From: a phage
Sequence record: NC_102531.1
Reading direction: 5' to 3' (one strand)
DNA: 64,000 bases
This document shows, in pieces, positions 27,836-38,154 of this stretch. Each line of letters starts with the position of its first letter. Positions within the stretch are counted from its first letter, which is position 1. Under the pieces are notes generated by a model that ran no database searches, was not told where the DNA came from, and saw only the letters and a program-made list of their open reading frames with translations. The translations under genes were made by a program, and so were the position numbers.

Positions 27836-30800
27836 TTAGTCGTGAGACTCGTTCCAAGGTCCTTGGAAGCTTGAGTTAGAACGGCTTACCACAACAGTAG
27901 GACAGGATATTGCGACCCCTGTTACAGAAGACGTTGACCATGGTGTGTAGATTTCAACAACAATATCTATGGTTTGTTCACCAAGACCTGTTATCCCTAC
28001 CGCACACATGCCGTTGTTGTCGTTTCCGTACTTCTTACCTGCAAGGATTTGATGTCCGGCTATCCAAACGTTGAGCTGGGAGCTGGCAAGAGTACCATTC
28101 AGTTTAAAGAAGAATGTTACGTTCTTACCCTGACCTGAAACGTTATCTACGTATCTCCACCTCCAACGGCAAACCCTTTGCTGGGAGTTATATACTGGAG
28201 CACAATCCCCGTAAGTCCTATGTGCAACAATTGCACCTTCGAACTGGTTAGCACGGATAACAGAAGCTTCTACACGACCACGGAAGGTACCTCCGGTTGC
28301 ATCTATGGTGCCCCTAAAGCTACCATTATTGGCATAAACATCCCCACGGAAGGTACCACTAGTGGCGTTAACTGCCCCTGTGAAGTTACCAGAACTAGCG
28401 TTGATGTTGCCTTTCACCCACACATCCATAAATTGGGCGTGCCCGTTCTTGTTAATATACCAACCGTATTTATGGTACCCGTTGCCATCGTAGTTGTTTG
28501 ACGAGATTTCTTGTGCGATCTTGGCAGAGGAGATCGTGCCATTCTCTATAAAAGCGTCTTTCAAGAACGCTTGGTTGTTCTTGATTGCGAAAGCAAGGGT
28601 TGCTGTTCCATTTCCTGGGTTGTATACCGCAAAATTGTTTGCACTAACCATGAAGTAGGATTGAACTTGGCCTCCAGACCCTTCCATCCCCAACTGAATA
28701 CCTGCAACATATTTATTCCCTGCGGAGTCTACCTGTATTTTTGTGCCCCATTGAGCATTTACTTTACCCTCTAAGTCGGTTACAGCCTTAGATGTTGTAG
28801 CTACTGCAGCCCTGATCTCAGACACATCCCCAACATCATCCATGATCTCCTGCTTAGCAACAGCAAGTTCTTGACGAATAGCTGACGCTGTGCCGTTGAT
28901 AAGGTCCACAGTGGCTTTGTTGGTATCGGAAATTGTAGCATCCAGCGCTGTTTTTGTGGAGGTCAGTTTTCCATCCAAAGCATCAATCGCTTGCTTGTTG
29001 GTAGAAATCTCCCCACGTGCAGAAGTTATCTGCTCTGACAGTGCAGATGTTTTCTGATTAAGCAGGTCAGTGGTGGCCTTGTTGGTATTGGCAATCAAGG
29101 TGTTGAGGTCAGTTTTTGCGGTAGTTATCTTTCCGTCAAGGGTGGTATAGTTTTTAGATACCGTCGCGTTTGTCTGACTAATCTTTTGATCCAGAGTTTC
29201 AGATGTCCTGTTCAGAAGATCTACAGTGGCTTGGTTAGTGCTCAAGATGCTTGCGTCAAGTTCTGTTCTCTGAGTATTGATCTTACCATCCAGAGTTTTA
29301 TCTCCGGCTAAATACCCGCTCTCAACTCCATCTATCTGCTCTACCAGCTCACCTTTGGCGGCAACCAATTTCTCATCTAAAGCCTCTGTCTTTTTGTTCA
29401 GAAGATCAGTAGTTGCTTTATTGGTTGTCTCAATCAGAGATGCCAATCTTCCACTTTCAGTGTTCAGATCGTTGGTGAACTTGTTCTGTGCAGCAACAAG
29501 TTTCCTATCCAGCGCTGTGATATTGCCATTGACATCCTCAAACTTCTGAGTTGTCTCTGTAACTACCGCACCTATTCTGTCTCCAAGTTGCTGGAATGCC
29601 TCATCTACCCTACCATCCATGTATTTATTAAGCTCTGTGACACGATTTTCAACCTCTTCAATAGAGGAATCCAAAGTGCTCATCAACTCTTTATAAGTTT
29701 CTGTCTTTTTGAATTCAGCATCTATCTGAGGCATCAAATCCTCGATAGAGGTGTAGCAGCGTGCAGCGCATTCTACAAACTGAGAACTACCAAAAGCGTT
29801 TGTGGTTCTAATATACCAATAATAAACCTTATCGTTCTGCAGACCTTCAGATGTCCAAGTTGAACCAACACCCATACGAGTGGCTTTTGAAGTAACAGTT
29901 GCATCACTGGTGTCGGGCAACCTTGTCATACCAGATGTCCAAAAGTCATACTGGGTACTTACACTTGCCAAATCCCTGCTGTGTGGAATCAAGGTGATAG
30001 CAAAGTATCCCTGCTTAACCTCTACAGAAACCGGAGCCTCAGGTGCCTGAATGTTAAACTCGCAGTACGCTTCTGGAGATACACCACCTTTATAAGATGT
30101 TGCAACCACGGTTGCTGTGTATGACCCTTTGGTCAAGCCTTCTACTCGGACAAACTGCTCAACTGTTTGTGCTGTCCAAACAATCTCTCCGTTCTTTCTT
30201 ACCTGCACAATATTTTGAGCGTATGTCCCAACGTTGTCCCAAGCCAAAACACCGTGAGTTACTTCTCCAGCTTGGAGAACGGAATATCTGAAGTTTTGCG
30301 GTTGAGCTACACCAGATGGAGATATTGGAATATCTACATCGCCAGAATCCGGAAGTTGCCCTGTGGCATCATTCCACTCTTTAGCATCTTGACGAAGTTT
30401 TACCTTGACACCACCCTTTTTAGTAAACTCCCATTCAAGAACTCTCATTTCTTGGCCCACTATACCAATACTTGGGAGGTCCATTGTAACGTAACGACCA
30501 GGTTTAAATTTGAAACCTCGCATATTGCAGGTGACTTCAATAATCCTGCCAGCTCTGGCACGTCTTAGGAAGATTGCAGAAACACGCTGAGCTTGATAAG
30601 GGCTGGTAACAAAGCGATAGTCTATATCGATTATCTTTCTTTCTCCATCCTTCTCTATCCACTCTGGGACAAACACTGATGGGAAATCTGTTTCAGAATA
30701 CCCTTTGGTCGGACTAGTGAATCTGCCAGTTATTGTGTTAGATCTTTTGTCAAATGAGGCTTCCGGATAGATCTTAACCTCACCACAGACACAGTCCTCA

Positions 30801-31675
30801 CTAAGTGTCATTGTTGCTGGGCCATAGTATGCACCAACCAGCAAACCATACTTACCAGCAACATAACTAAGATCTGCACCGCAAGCTTTCAGCATTTCTG
30901 CCATAATACTTGCTGGGGCCTCATCCATGTCAAACTCACCGTTAATGGTGTAACGGCGCTCACTGGTTCCGTCTGCGTTTTTTACCGCCTCGTCGCATAT
31001 GTTGGCAGCCTCCTTAAAGGACTCCCAGTTGATGGTTTCGTCAGGACATTTAAGGTACGTTCTTAAATAGTCTAGGATCACCAAGGCAGCGTTATTGGTA
31101 TACACCTCTTTACTGATGCGAGGATCATAGCATTTTTTACCAACCTTGACGAGTGTAACGTTTGGCAACCCAAAAGGAAACTTGTTAGGGTCAAACTTGA
31201 AACTGGCACGTAGCCAACTGATCCCTCTACCTATCATGTCGGGTGACCATGATGGGCAGTGTGTACCCATGAAAGGATCAGATGTTTTTCTGTCGTTATG
31301 TAGCTCCCACGATACCAGATCTCCATACGAGGAAATAGGATTACCGTCGATAAGTATGTCTTCTATACCTTCCAGAGGATGATTAGCAAGAACAATGGCA
31401 CAATGGAGGGTTCTGTCTCTGTCCTGCTCCAAAAACGCAAGCAGTCCAGACGTGCGTGTCTTCCCATACACTACAGAGCAAGGTGCAGCAGAAGATCTGA
31501 GAAGCTTTTGTCTATCTTGCTGACTTCTGTAAGATTTGTTGCCCTCAAAAATCTTATCCAGAGTTCTGGTGGTAACAGTGTTCAGGCTGTCAGCCAGAGC
31601 TGCCTTGGATGCGTTCCAGTCATAACTTGAAGATCTTGCAGAAGCAACGATGTTATCAATCATTGCAATTGGCAT
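27836..31675 (-). CDS. tail tip/central fibre protein (1279 aa) with FN3-like segment, coiled-coil repeats and C-terminal Gly-rich repeats
   Basis: QGYFAITLIPH...YYWYIRTTNAFGSSQFVE resembles the FN3 region of lambda J; repeated TDLLN.KT..L...I heptad blocks; C-terminal (S/T)G.FRG repeats. Confidence 0.5.
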   Translation of the reverse strand: MPIAMIDNIVASARSSSYDWNASKAALADSLNTVTTRTLDKIFEGNKSYRSQQDRQKLLRSSAAPCSVVYGKTRTSGLLAFLEQDRDRTLHCAIVLANHPLEGIEDILIDGNPISSYGDLVSWELHNDRKTSDPFMGTHCPSWSPDMIGRGISWLRASFKFDPNKFPFGLPNVTLVKVGKKCYDPRISKEVYTNNAALVILDYLRTYLKCPDETINWESFKEAANICDEAVKNADGTSERRYTINGEFDMDEAPASIMAEMLKACGADLSYVAGKYGLLVGAYYGPATMTLSEDCVCGEVKIYPEASFDKRSNTITGRFTSPTKGYSETDFPSVFVPEWIEKDGERKIIDIDYRFVTSPYQAQRVSAIFLRRARAGRIIEVTCNMRGFKFKPGRYVTMDLPSIGIVGQEMRVLEWEFTKKGGVKVKLRQDAKEWNDATGQLPDSGDVDIPISPSGVAQPQNFRYSVLQAGEVTHGVLAWDNVGTYAQNIVQVRKNGEIVWTAQTVEQFVRVEGLTKGSYTATVVATSYKGGVSPEAYCEFNIQAPEAPVSVEVKQGYFAITLIPHSRDLASVSTQYDFWTSGMTRLPDTSDATVTSKATRMGVGSTWTSEGLQNDKVYYWYIRTTNAFGSSQFVECAARCYTSIEDLMPQIDAEFKKTETYKELMSTLDSSIEEVENRVTELNKYMDGRVDEAFQQLGDRIGAVVTETTQKFEDVNGNITALDRKLVAAQNKFTNDLNTESGRLASLIETTNKATTDLLNKKTEALDEKLVAAKGELVEQIDGVESGYLAGDKTLDGKINTQRTELDASILSTNQATVDLLNRTSETLDQKISQTNATVSKNYTTLDGKITTAKTDLNTLIANTNKATTDLLNQKTSALSEQITSARGEISTNKQAIDALDGKLTSTKTALDATISDTNKATVDLINGTASAIRQELAVAKQEIMDDVGDVSEIRAAVATTSKAVTDLEGKVNAQWGTKIQVDSAGNKYVAGIQLGMEGSGGQVQSYFMVSANNFAVYNPGNGTATLAFAIKNNQAFLKDAFIENGTISSAKIAQEISSNNYDGNGYHKYGWYINKNGHAQFMDVWVKGNINASSGNFTGAVNATSGTFRGDVYANNGSFRGTIDATGGTFRGRVEASVIRANQFEGAIVAHRTYGDCAPVYNSQQRVCRWRWRYVDNVSGQGKNVTFFFKLNGTLASSQLNVWIAGHQILAGKKYGNDNNGMCAVGITGLGEQTIDIVVEIYTPWSTSSVTGVAISCPTVVVSRSNSSFQGPWNESHD
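28880..29450. repeat. degenerate in-frame tandem repeats inside the 1279-aa gene
   Basis: Recurrent DNA blocks aaggtccacagtggctttgttggtatc / aagcaggtcagtggtggccttgttggtattggc / cagaagatctacagtggcttggttagtgct / cagaagatcagtagttgctttattggttgtctc. Boundaries approximate. Confidence 0.4.
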
Positions 31676-32112
31676 TAATACCTCCAGACATCAACAACGA
31701 TAGAATCTTTCATGTCGAACATAAAGACCCCTTTATCACCTTTAGCCCAAATCTGGTTGTTCCAGAACACACCAGCGGTGAGCCCGTTCAGACCTTCGAA
31801 AATGACAATATCTCCACGCTGAACCTGTTTAGGAGTATCCAGCCGAGTCATAAAGAGATCAAAAATAGTGGGCAGGTGTGTGGTTTTGAAACGGAGCATG
31901 CACCATCTTTTGCTTTCCAACTCTGTTTTATACGTTCCTTCAAAATTAGAAAGAAAATCTGTTCCGTATTGGGCATCAACACACTTAGCTGCAAAGGTGC
32001 AACAATCGTGGAATCCCCATTCAAAAGGTATGGTGGCCTCTTCGTCAAACACTTTCCACAATCTTTCTTGCCAATCCACTAAACGAGGGTGTGTGCTCAT
32101 TAAACCTCCCAA
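31675..32112 (-). CDS. tail-associated protein (145 aa) with conserved HDCC motif
   Basis: ORF track; WGFHDCCTFAAKC hints at a Cys/His active site (peptidase-like), unverified. Confidence 0.4.
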   Translation of the reverse strand: MGGLMSTHPRLVDWQERLWKVFDEEATIPFEWGFHDCCTFAAKCVDAQYGTDFLSNFEGTYKTELESKRWCMLRFKTTHLPTIFDLFMTRLDTPKQVQRGDIVIFEGLNGLTAGVFWNNQIWAKGDKGVFMFDMKDSIVVDVWRY

Positions 32113-32666
32113 ATGATCGGGCGGCTCGCCACCTGATCCACATATTTAAAAAATCTGTCGTTATCGTTTCTTGAACTGTGGCTTTCCTCCGTGTATCGAT
32201 AAGGAAAACCTCTTAACCAGCTGTTGAAGATAGAAGAGATGGATATGGACAAAGCGCTATTCTCCCCTGTCTGAATAGCCATATCTGTTATAAGGCCGTC
32301 AAACAAGCCATTAGTTGTAACAGGCAGACCATTCTCCATAGCGGTAATGTACAGTGTGGCACGACAACCAGAATACTCTGTCTTCAGCAGATCACCCACA
32401 TACTTAGGATCAAACCCGTTCAATGTTGCTACCACAGATCCGAAGTTGGTGGCATCTTTCTCAGACACAGCAGTCAATGTTGCTGATCCACCTATCCCTA
32501 TAAAATGTTGCCCCTCAATTACCACAACACCAGTGCCTGAGCACACCCTGACAGTTCCTGTCGGTAGCTCCAGCTTTGCAGCAATTAAGATCTCAACACC
32601 ATCAAGCTCCAGCTTTTCAAGAAATAAATTATCTAATGGCGCTCTGATCATCTTAGAAATCCTCAA
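32100..32666 (-). CDS. tail tip structural protein (188 aa), hypothetical
   Basis: ORF track; Gly/Thr-rich beta-type composition; position upstream of the J-like gene. Confidence 0.4.
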   Translation of the reverse strand: MRISKMIRAPLDNLFLEKLELDGVEILIAAKLELPTGTVRVCSGTGVVVIEGQHFIGIGGSATLTAVSEKDATNFGSVVATLNGFDPKYVGDLLKTEYSGCRATLYITAMENGLPVTTNGLFDGLITDMAIQTGENSALSISISSIFNSWLRGFPYRYTEESHSSRNDNDRFFKYVDQVASRPIIWEV

Positions 32667-32678
32667 AGAAGTTGATAA

Positions 32679-33242
32679 CTATATTATCACCTTTTTGCAT
32701 AGCATCGACTTTTTGCTTAATTTTATAAATATCTCTGATATGAAACCTACCCTTTGGGGATTGGTTATTATCTTCATAGTATCCCCTGCGGCAATAGGTT
32801 TTCTAAGTCTTGGAGATATGCTTATAACAGCAGACCCAACACCATCGCTGCGCACTGGAGCTGTTACCACTTTCAATTCATCATTGACAGATATTTTATC
32901 TCCAGCTCTGGCTATGTCTCTGTTCGGCTCCCACCCGACCGTCTTCAAAAAATCGTCGTTACCAGTAGGCCCAAGGGCGATTGGCTCATTAGCTGTTACC
33001 GAGTGACCATAAGTTTTAATAAGAAAGATGTTTCCATCTTTATACACCTGATCAACAAAGCTCTTAAGCTCTAGCAACTGTGACTCGCTGATATTGGAGA
33101 CCGTCAAAGTGCCTTTCCAGTTAGGTGTGGCATAGGTTACTTTTTGCGTTTTACCTGTAAACGGACTTTTAAACGTAACAATATCTGCCAGCAGCTCCAA
33201 TCTAATATCTGGAAGGTATCTAGGCCTTTCCCATAAAAACAT
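32679..33242 (-). CDS. tail tip structural protein (187 aa), hypothetical
   Basis: ORF track; first gene after the 33316 terminator. Confidence 0.4.
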   Translation of the reverse strand: MFLWERPRYLPDIRLELLADIVTFKSPFTGKTQKVTYATPNWKGTLTVSNISESQLLELKSFVDQVYKDGNIFLIKTYGHSVTANEPIALGPTGNDDFLKTVGWEPNRDIARAGDKISVNDELKVVTAPVRSDGVGSAVISISPRLRKPIAAGDTMKIITNPQRVGFISEIFIKLSKKSMLCKKVII

Positions 33243-33315
33243 TGTGCCTCCAGGTTAAACAATCATGATAGCTATTTTACCAGATTTTGAGTTAATACGC
33301 AATACAAACAAAAAG

Positions 33316-33333
33316 CCCCCGCCGAAGCGAGGG
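33316..33333 (-). terminator. rho-independent terminator, UUCG-tetraloop hairpin variant
   Basis: cccccgccgaagcgaggg (one-base variant of the 16-mer at 1385 and 27811) with A-run on plus side; downstream of the 33341 stop. Confidence 0.45.
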
Positions 33334-33340
33334 CAATACT

Positions 33341-33673
33341 TTAAAGTGCTTCCAAGGTAGATACTGATTGGTCGAACATGTTCAACCTTATCGGATCTAC
33401 AACTTTTCCGCTTTTCGAGACGATGTTTTCTGCATTCTCGTCCAAGGCCAGAACGTTGACATAAAACAATTTACTTTTCTCGCAAACTGGATAGACAACC
33501 ATGTTGCCAAACTCATCCTCGGCCTCATAAGTGTCTTCAGTTTCTGTGTAAATGAACCCGACAACCTCTACAAGAAGGGTGTTTTGCAACACCTCATTCT
33601 CGTAAAAGCCAATTTCGTCCATGAAACCGTTAAAATCCTCCCTGTCAGTAAACCCAAGGGTAAAAGTATTCAT
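33341..33673 (-). CDS. hypothetical acidic protein (110 aa), possible fibre chaperone
   Basis: ORF track; start overlaps stop of the 1481-aa gene. Confidence 0.4.
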   Translation of the reverse strand: MNTFTLGFTDREDFNGFMDEIGFYENEVLQNTLLVEVVGFIYTETEDTYEAEDEFGNMVVYPVCEKSKLFYVNVLALDENAENIVSKSGKVVDPIRLNMFDQSVSTLEAL

Positions 33674-36600
33674 TATTCAACACTCTCCATCATAAGCTGG
33701 GTATCTGTCAGTGCAGAGTTCCAAACTCTTATGTCCTTAATATGACCAAATAAGTGTCTTTCACCTGTCGCCGTTTGCCCACCAATGCGGATGAAAGCGC
33801 CTCCTGCTAGGAATTCCCAAGAAGACTGCGTTTCCGTGCTCACCAGTCCGTTAGCAAAAGAGCAGGTTTTACCGTCACCTTTTATCCTGAACCCGATTTT
33901 CAATTTACGGGCTTTAGCCATTTCGTAAACACGTCTGTTTGACCCTCCAATATCACAGTATGGATAGCCATCATCCGCAATATTTGTTGCAGAGCCAAAC
34001 CCCATGATAAATGCAGCACCAGATTGATGACCCTCTGTATCGATAACCCTAGGAGCTGCGTTAGGAGCTTTACCCCAACCTCTCCAGTTGGCATCCACCG
34101 TAGCAGCGATAGTGAATGGTCTAGGCGCTAAGTTATCCGTCATTGGGAATTTACAAAGATCTGCCGCCCTGGTTACAGATGAAGACCCTGTAGGGATAAA
34201 CGAGGACTCACAGGACCCTAACTCAAATTGAGGTATTGCAACATCAACCCAATCTCCTACGGCATGTTGAGCACCTTCTGGTGGAGCAATTTGGAACTGG
34301 CACCCGATCTTATTGTCAGAGGCCACTGCTTCAAACGTAGCAGCAATCCTTATCCAAGCAGGACCTGCTGTTTGCCATCTCTCAGCTTTTACTTTAATTC
34401 TCCCAGCTGCATCCCCTGTTGTTTTAACTTCAAGTGTTGACAGGTTAACATAAGCGTCACCTTGGAACACCGTGGTGGATCCATTGTACATGTCGAATCT
34501 TACACGCAGTCTCTGGTGGGCTTTACCACCTCTTGCAATAATAGACCCAGTACAGAATTTCTCAGCACCTGTCACATCGGCACCCCTAGTGGCTGGAACA
34601 GTGGCAAGGTTTAACGCTGTTGTTTCTACACCGGATGTGGTGTTTACTGTAAATCTTGCGCCTTTTGTGCCGTTAGTATTTGTTACAGTGCTACCGACAG
34701 TAATCGCTTGCTGTGCACCCCACTTGCTTGGGTCCTCACTGTTGAGCATGAGGTTTGTCCTTTGCCCCTCGATAAGCAACCCATCTCTTTCAAAACGTGG
34801 TTGGTTTGCTTGTGCAACAGCCATAACACCCCGCTTAGTGAAATAGGTTGCTGTGGAAGGTCTGGAGAAGACCATCTCACCTTCACCCAATGCAGGTTTT
34901 AGGTTAGAGGTTAAAGGCAACCACAAGTCAGGCATAACTGGAGCAGTTGTGTTTTCTGGGAAGCTTGTTCTCTTCCAAGGACTCCAAGCCATTCCGCTGC
35001 CAAGGTTATTGTAATACCTTTCCCATGTTCCACCAAGATACATTTTATATATCTGGATACAACCTGTTCCTTCATTAGCGGAGTTTCTAAGAACGATCAG
35101 CGTACCAGCCATCTGCTGTCCTGGTGGGTAATTTCTTTCCGCTGTGGCGTTGGCATTTGCCTCTTGATGGTAAATCCCTTCACGATCTGCCTTGTAGTCG
35201 TTAAGGTCATTAGTTCCCAACCCTTGACCACGGTGCTGAATAACTTTGTTCCACGCTCTGTGGTCTCCCTGCTCTATGGAACGAGTATACAGCTGGTCTA
35301 AACGACCTGCCATCTGGAAAGCGTAGTTTCCAGAAAATGCCACAGACAACCCGCCAACAACCATTGAACCTTCAGGTCCGTTGACGTTGCCAGCCAGTAT
35401 TTTGGATGGGTTGTTAGGCCCAAACTGGTTGTTCCAGTCTGCACCAGTATGACATACAAAACCACCCGGTGCTGAGAAAGTGCCATCTTTGTTGAAGTTG
35501 TAGAATCTATGAGCTGTGCCTACAACATCGCGAACGATAACTTGACCAGCTTCCGGAGTAGATCTGAACTCTGCCTGGCCTTGCAGTCTTGCACCATTAC
35601 CACATTTAGAGGTAAAGGTGTTGTTGATCAGATCCTCTGTTCCTTCCGATGCAGCTTGGAACCCTGCGTTAGAGAACAGTGCTTTTCTAGTGGTCTGACT
35701 ACCAGGACAAATGTAGTCAATACCGTCTGCCCAAAGCTCGACTTTGGGCATGTTCATTTTGCTCATCACTGCATAGCGTTCAGGAGTCCCCAGGTAGTGC
35801 CACATAGTTCCACCACCAGTGTAGAAACCTGATGTTCCTTTGAACTCAACCAGAGGTCTGGTGTTTGTTACATCATCACCTTTGATTGCAAGACTCAAAT
35901 CTGCAGATTCCAGAGGAGCACAGAACTTGACACCATCTTGGTTACCTGTCACGTTGCCTACCTGCCAATCAGCCTCCCTGGTTGACACTTCTATTACAGT
36001 AGCGCCAGCATATACTGTAACAGGGAATGCACGTGCCTCTACATAGAATGCAACATACTCCTGCTTACCTCTGGTTGGAGATACACATCCGAGGATTGCT
36101 TGCTCGTTTTGGTAGAAATTAATAACCCCTTGGAAAGAATCACCTCTGTCTGTCCAGCCACCAGTTCTGTAGTGACACTGTAGTGTAGCACAGTTCATTG
36201 GGTCGCCGCCAGAAGAAGATCTGGTGACAATGGTTAAATCTGTCCCGATAGTTGCTGCAAAGTTGGGGTCAGTTCTGACGATAATAGGATAATACTTACC
36301 GTCCTGCATAGCTGCAGTTCTAGGCAGGTTTACATATGGTCTAGCACCTGCTGCCAGAGGGATTCTGAATTGTGCTTGAGCATCCCCTACAGTCCTGGCA
36401 CTGGTACCACCACAAGCTATCGGTAGTGGTTCCCATTTGGCTTTCCGGTTGTTATAAACACCCCACTCAAGCGTTCCTTCACCTTGCTCGTCCATACCGC
36501 CATCCCAGATGACCATCTTGGCGGCTTTCTTGGACCCCCAGAAACCTCTTTCTGCCCCTGAACTACGGATCCACTCTCCAAGTCCCCAGTTTGTCAGCTG

Positions 36601-38118
36601 ACCAGTAAGATCCCCAACTTGCATATATTTAGGGCAGTCTAATACACCGTCTTCGCGGAAACCTAAATATCTATGAGTTTCAGATCCTTTTGCACCTTTG
36701 TGGAGGTGGATTGTCAACCAAGCCTTATTGTCGTTTCTTACCTCAGAGTAGATCCTATATCCATGCTCAAGGACACCGTCAGCGCTGTATTTGTCCCCGT
36801 TAACAATACCGGATGCTGACTTAACATCAGCAGAACTTTGAGACAGGTAAAGGTGCCCGAAGGTAGGAGAATTTCTAGACCCGAGACCGATGTGCGATCT
36901 AAAGGTATCATCGTTACGAGGTCTAACCATCGGCTGCCATGCAGTCCACTGATTTGTGTTGGCCTGATAGGTTCTCAAATACCAAACATCTACGTTAGAG
37001 AATGGGTAGTATTCCTGACGACAACCTGTACCGCCGTTAGCATTGTTCTGCCAAACAATCAAGTGACCAGCACCAGAACCTGCAGGGTAACCATTTGCCT
37101 CAGTTGCATAAGCAGTCATCGGCTGGTAGTATACACCATCCTGATTACCAGTCAAGTTATTGATATTGAAATTTGGCTCAAGGGCTGCACGTTGCTTATA
37201 GAAAGCACCGATATTGATACGGACTCCAGCGGCATCTCTAGCCCCTGTGCCGCCTTGCTCTATAGCAAGAGGTTGCCACGAAGCTGTTTGTTGGTTCCAC
37301 ATACCCCAACGGCCTGTTGCATCAAGCTGCAAGTACCCTGCCGTATTTAAATCATCTCCAGCACGGATAACTGTTCTTGTTGGGTTGTTTGCCTCTAGGC
37401 GTTTAAATTCATCACGAAGTGCTATTCTTTTCGTTGTTGCTACACCGTTGGTTACTGCAATGGTGTACATGGCTCCGGTGGTAGCGCCACGGAAAATACC
37501 ATCAACAGTTGTAGTATCACGGCGAGATACCACACCGTTCAGAAATTTTTCACCAGCTGCTACAGAAGGGTAGTTGGTGGTTCTTCCCTCTTCAATAACT
37601 GCAGGGCCAACAAAGTTATCAAGGTGAATAACATCGCCTACGGTGTGCACTGTACCAAAATCTACACGCTGTGCAAGTGCTTTAGCATCGTTAGCTGTCT
37701 GAACAGTAACATCCATTACATCCTGGACAGACTGCCCTTCGGCTGTCATGATCATAGATGCGCCAATGGTAGATTCCAGCTCCTCCCTTAGGGACGGGTC
37801 AGTATATACCATCCATGCAGCGTCAGTAATCCCACCATCAGCGTACGGTGAAGACAGTGCAGGAACAGTGTGCGGAAATTCGCCTTTCCAACGCAGGTAG
37901 AGGTCTTCCTCTTCGAAGTAGGCAAAATCCATTGGGCCGTTTAACTTACCACCTTCCTTAAAGGAGATTACATGAGAAACAGTCCCATCCACATGGACAA
38001 CATCGCCAATTTTTACACGACGGGTCAGGTCTGGTTGCTGAACAACCAGGTAATCATCCTCTGTCACTGCGGTAGTGGCAGGAAGAGATTCAATTCTGAC
38101 AACTTTAATATCAGCCAT
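33673..38118 (-). CDS. tail fibre/tailspike (1481 aa) with conserved N-terminal anchor module and internal duplications
   Basis: N-terminal ~85 aa (DDYLVVQQPDLTRRVKIGDVV...FKEGG...DFAY) homologous to the N-terminus of the 222-aa protein at 40754; internal repeats GGTGARDAAGVRINIGAF / GGTSARTVGDAQAQFRIPLAAG. Confidence 0.55.
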   Translation of the reverse strand: MADIKVVRIESLPATTAVTEDDYLVVQQPDLTRRVKIGDVVHVDGTVSHVISFKEGGKLNGPMDFAYFEEEDLYLRWKGEFPHTVPALSSPYADGGITDAAWMVYTDPSLREELESTIGASMIMTAEGQSVQDVMDVTVQTANDAKALAQRVDFGTVHTVGDVIHLDNFVGPAVIEEGRTTNYPSVAAGEKFLNGVVSRRDTTTVDGIFRGATTGAMYTIAVTNGVATTKRIALRDEFKRLEANNPTRTVIRAGDDLNTAGYLQLDATGRWGMWNQQTASWQPLAIEQGGTGARDAAGVRINIGAFYKQRAALEPNFNINNLTGNQDGVYYQPMTAYATEANGYPAGSGAGHLIVWQNNANGGTGCRQEYYPFSNVDVWYLRTYQANTNQWTAWQPMVRPRNDDTFRSHIGLGSRNSPTFGHLYLSQSSADVKSASGIVNGDKYSADGVLEHGYRIYSEVRNDNKAWLTIHLHKGAKGSETHRYLGFREDGVLDCPKYMQVGDLTGQLTNWGLGEWIRSSGAERGFWGSKKAAKMVIWDGGMDEQGEGTLEWGVYNNRKAKWEPLPIACGGTSARTVGDAQAQFRIPLAAGARPYVNLPRTAAMQDGKYYPIIVRTDPNFAATIGTDLTIVTRSSSGGDPMNCATLQCHYRTGGWTDRGDSFQGVINFYQNEQAILGCVSPTRGKQEYVAFYVEARAFPVTVYAGATVIEVSTREADWQVGNVTGNQDGVKFCAPLESADLSLAIKGDDVTNTRPLVEFKGTSGFYTGGGTMWHYLGTPERYAVMSKMNMPKVELWADGIDYICPGSQTTRKALFSNAGFQAASEGTEDLINNTFTSKCGNGARLQGQAEFRSTPEAGQVIVRDVVGTAHRFYNFNKDGTFSAPGGFVCHTGADWNNQFGPNNPSKILAGNVNGPEGSMVVGGLSVAFSGNYAFQMAGRLDQLYTRSIEQGDHRAWNKVIQHRGQGLGTNDLNDYKADREGIYHQEANANATAERNYPPGQQMAGTLIVLRNSANEGTGCIQIYKMYLGGTWERYYNNLGSGMAWSPWKRTSFPENTTAPVMPDLWLPLTSNLKPALGEGEMVFSRPSTATYFTKRGVMAVAQANQPRFERDGLLIEGQRTNLMLNSEDPSKWGAQQAITVGSTVTNTNGTKGARFTVNTTSGVETTALNLATVPATRGADVTGAEKFCTGSIIARGGKAHQRLRVRFDMYNGSTTVFQGDAYVNLSTLEVKTTGDAAGRIKVKAERWQTAGPAWIRIAATFEAVASDNKIGCQFQIAPPEGAQHAVGDWVDVAIPQFELGSCESSFIPTGSSSVTRAADLCKFPMTDNLAPRPFTIAATVDANWRGWGKAPNAAPRVIDTEGHQSGAAFIMGFGSATNIADDGYPYCDIGGSNRRVYEMAKARKLKIGFRIKGDGKTCSFANGLVSTETQSSWEFLAGGAFIRIGGQTATGERHLFGHIKDIRVWNSALTDTQLMMESVE

Positions 38119-38154
38119 TCTTTCTCCTGAAAGGGGGCAAACAGCCCCCCTATG

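Noticed and set aside
31675-33242. Naming 32679..33242, 32100..32666 and 31675..32112 as lambda M, L and K homologs
   Set aside because: Only gene order and weak motifs suggest this, and the rest of the tail is contractile-type; left as hypothetical tail proteins.
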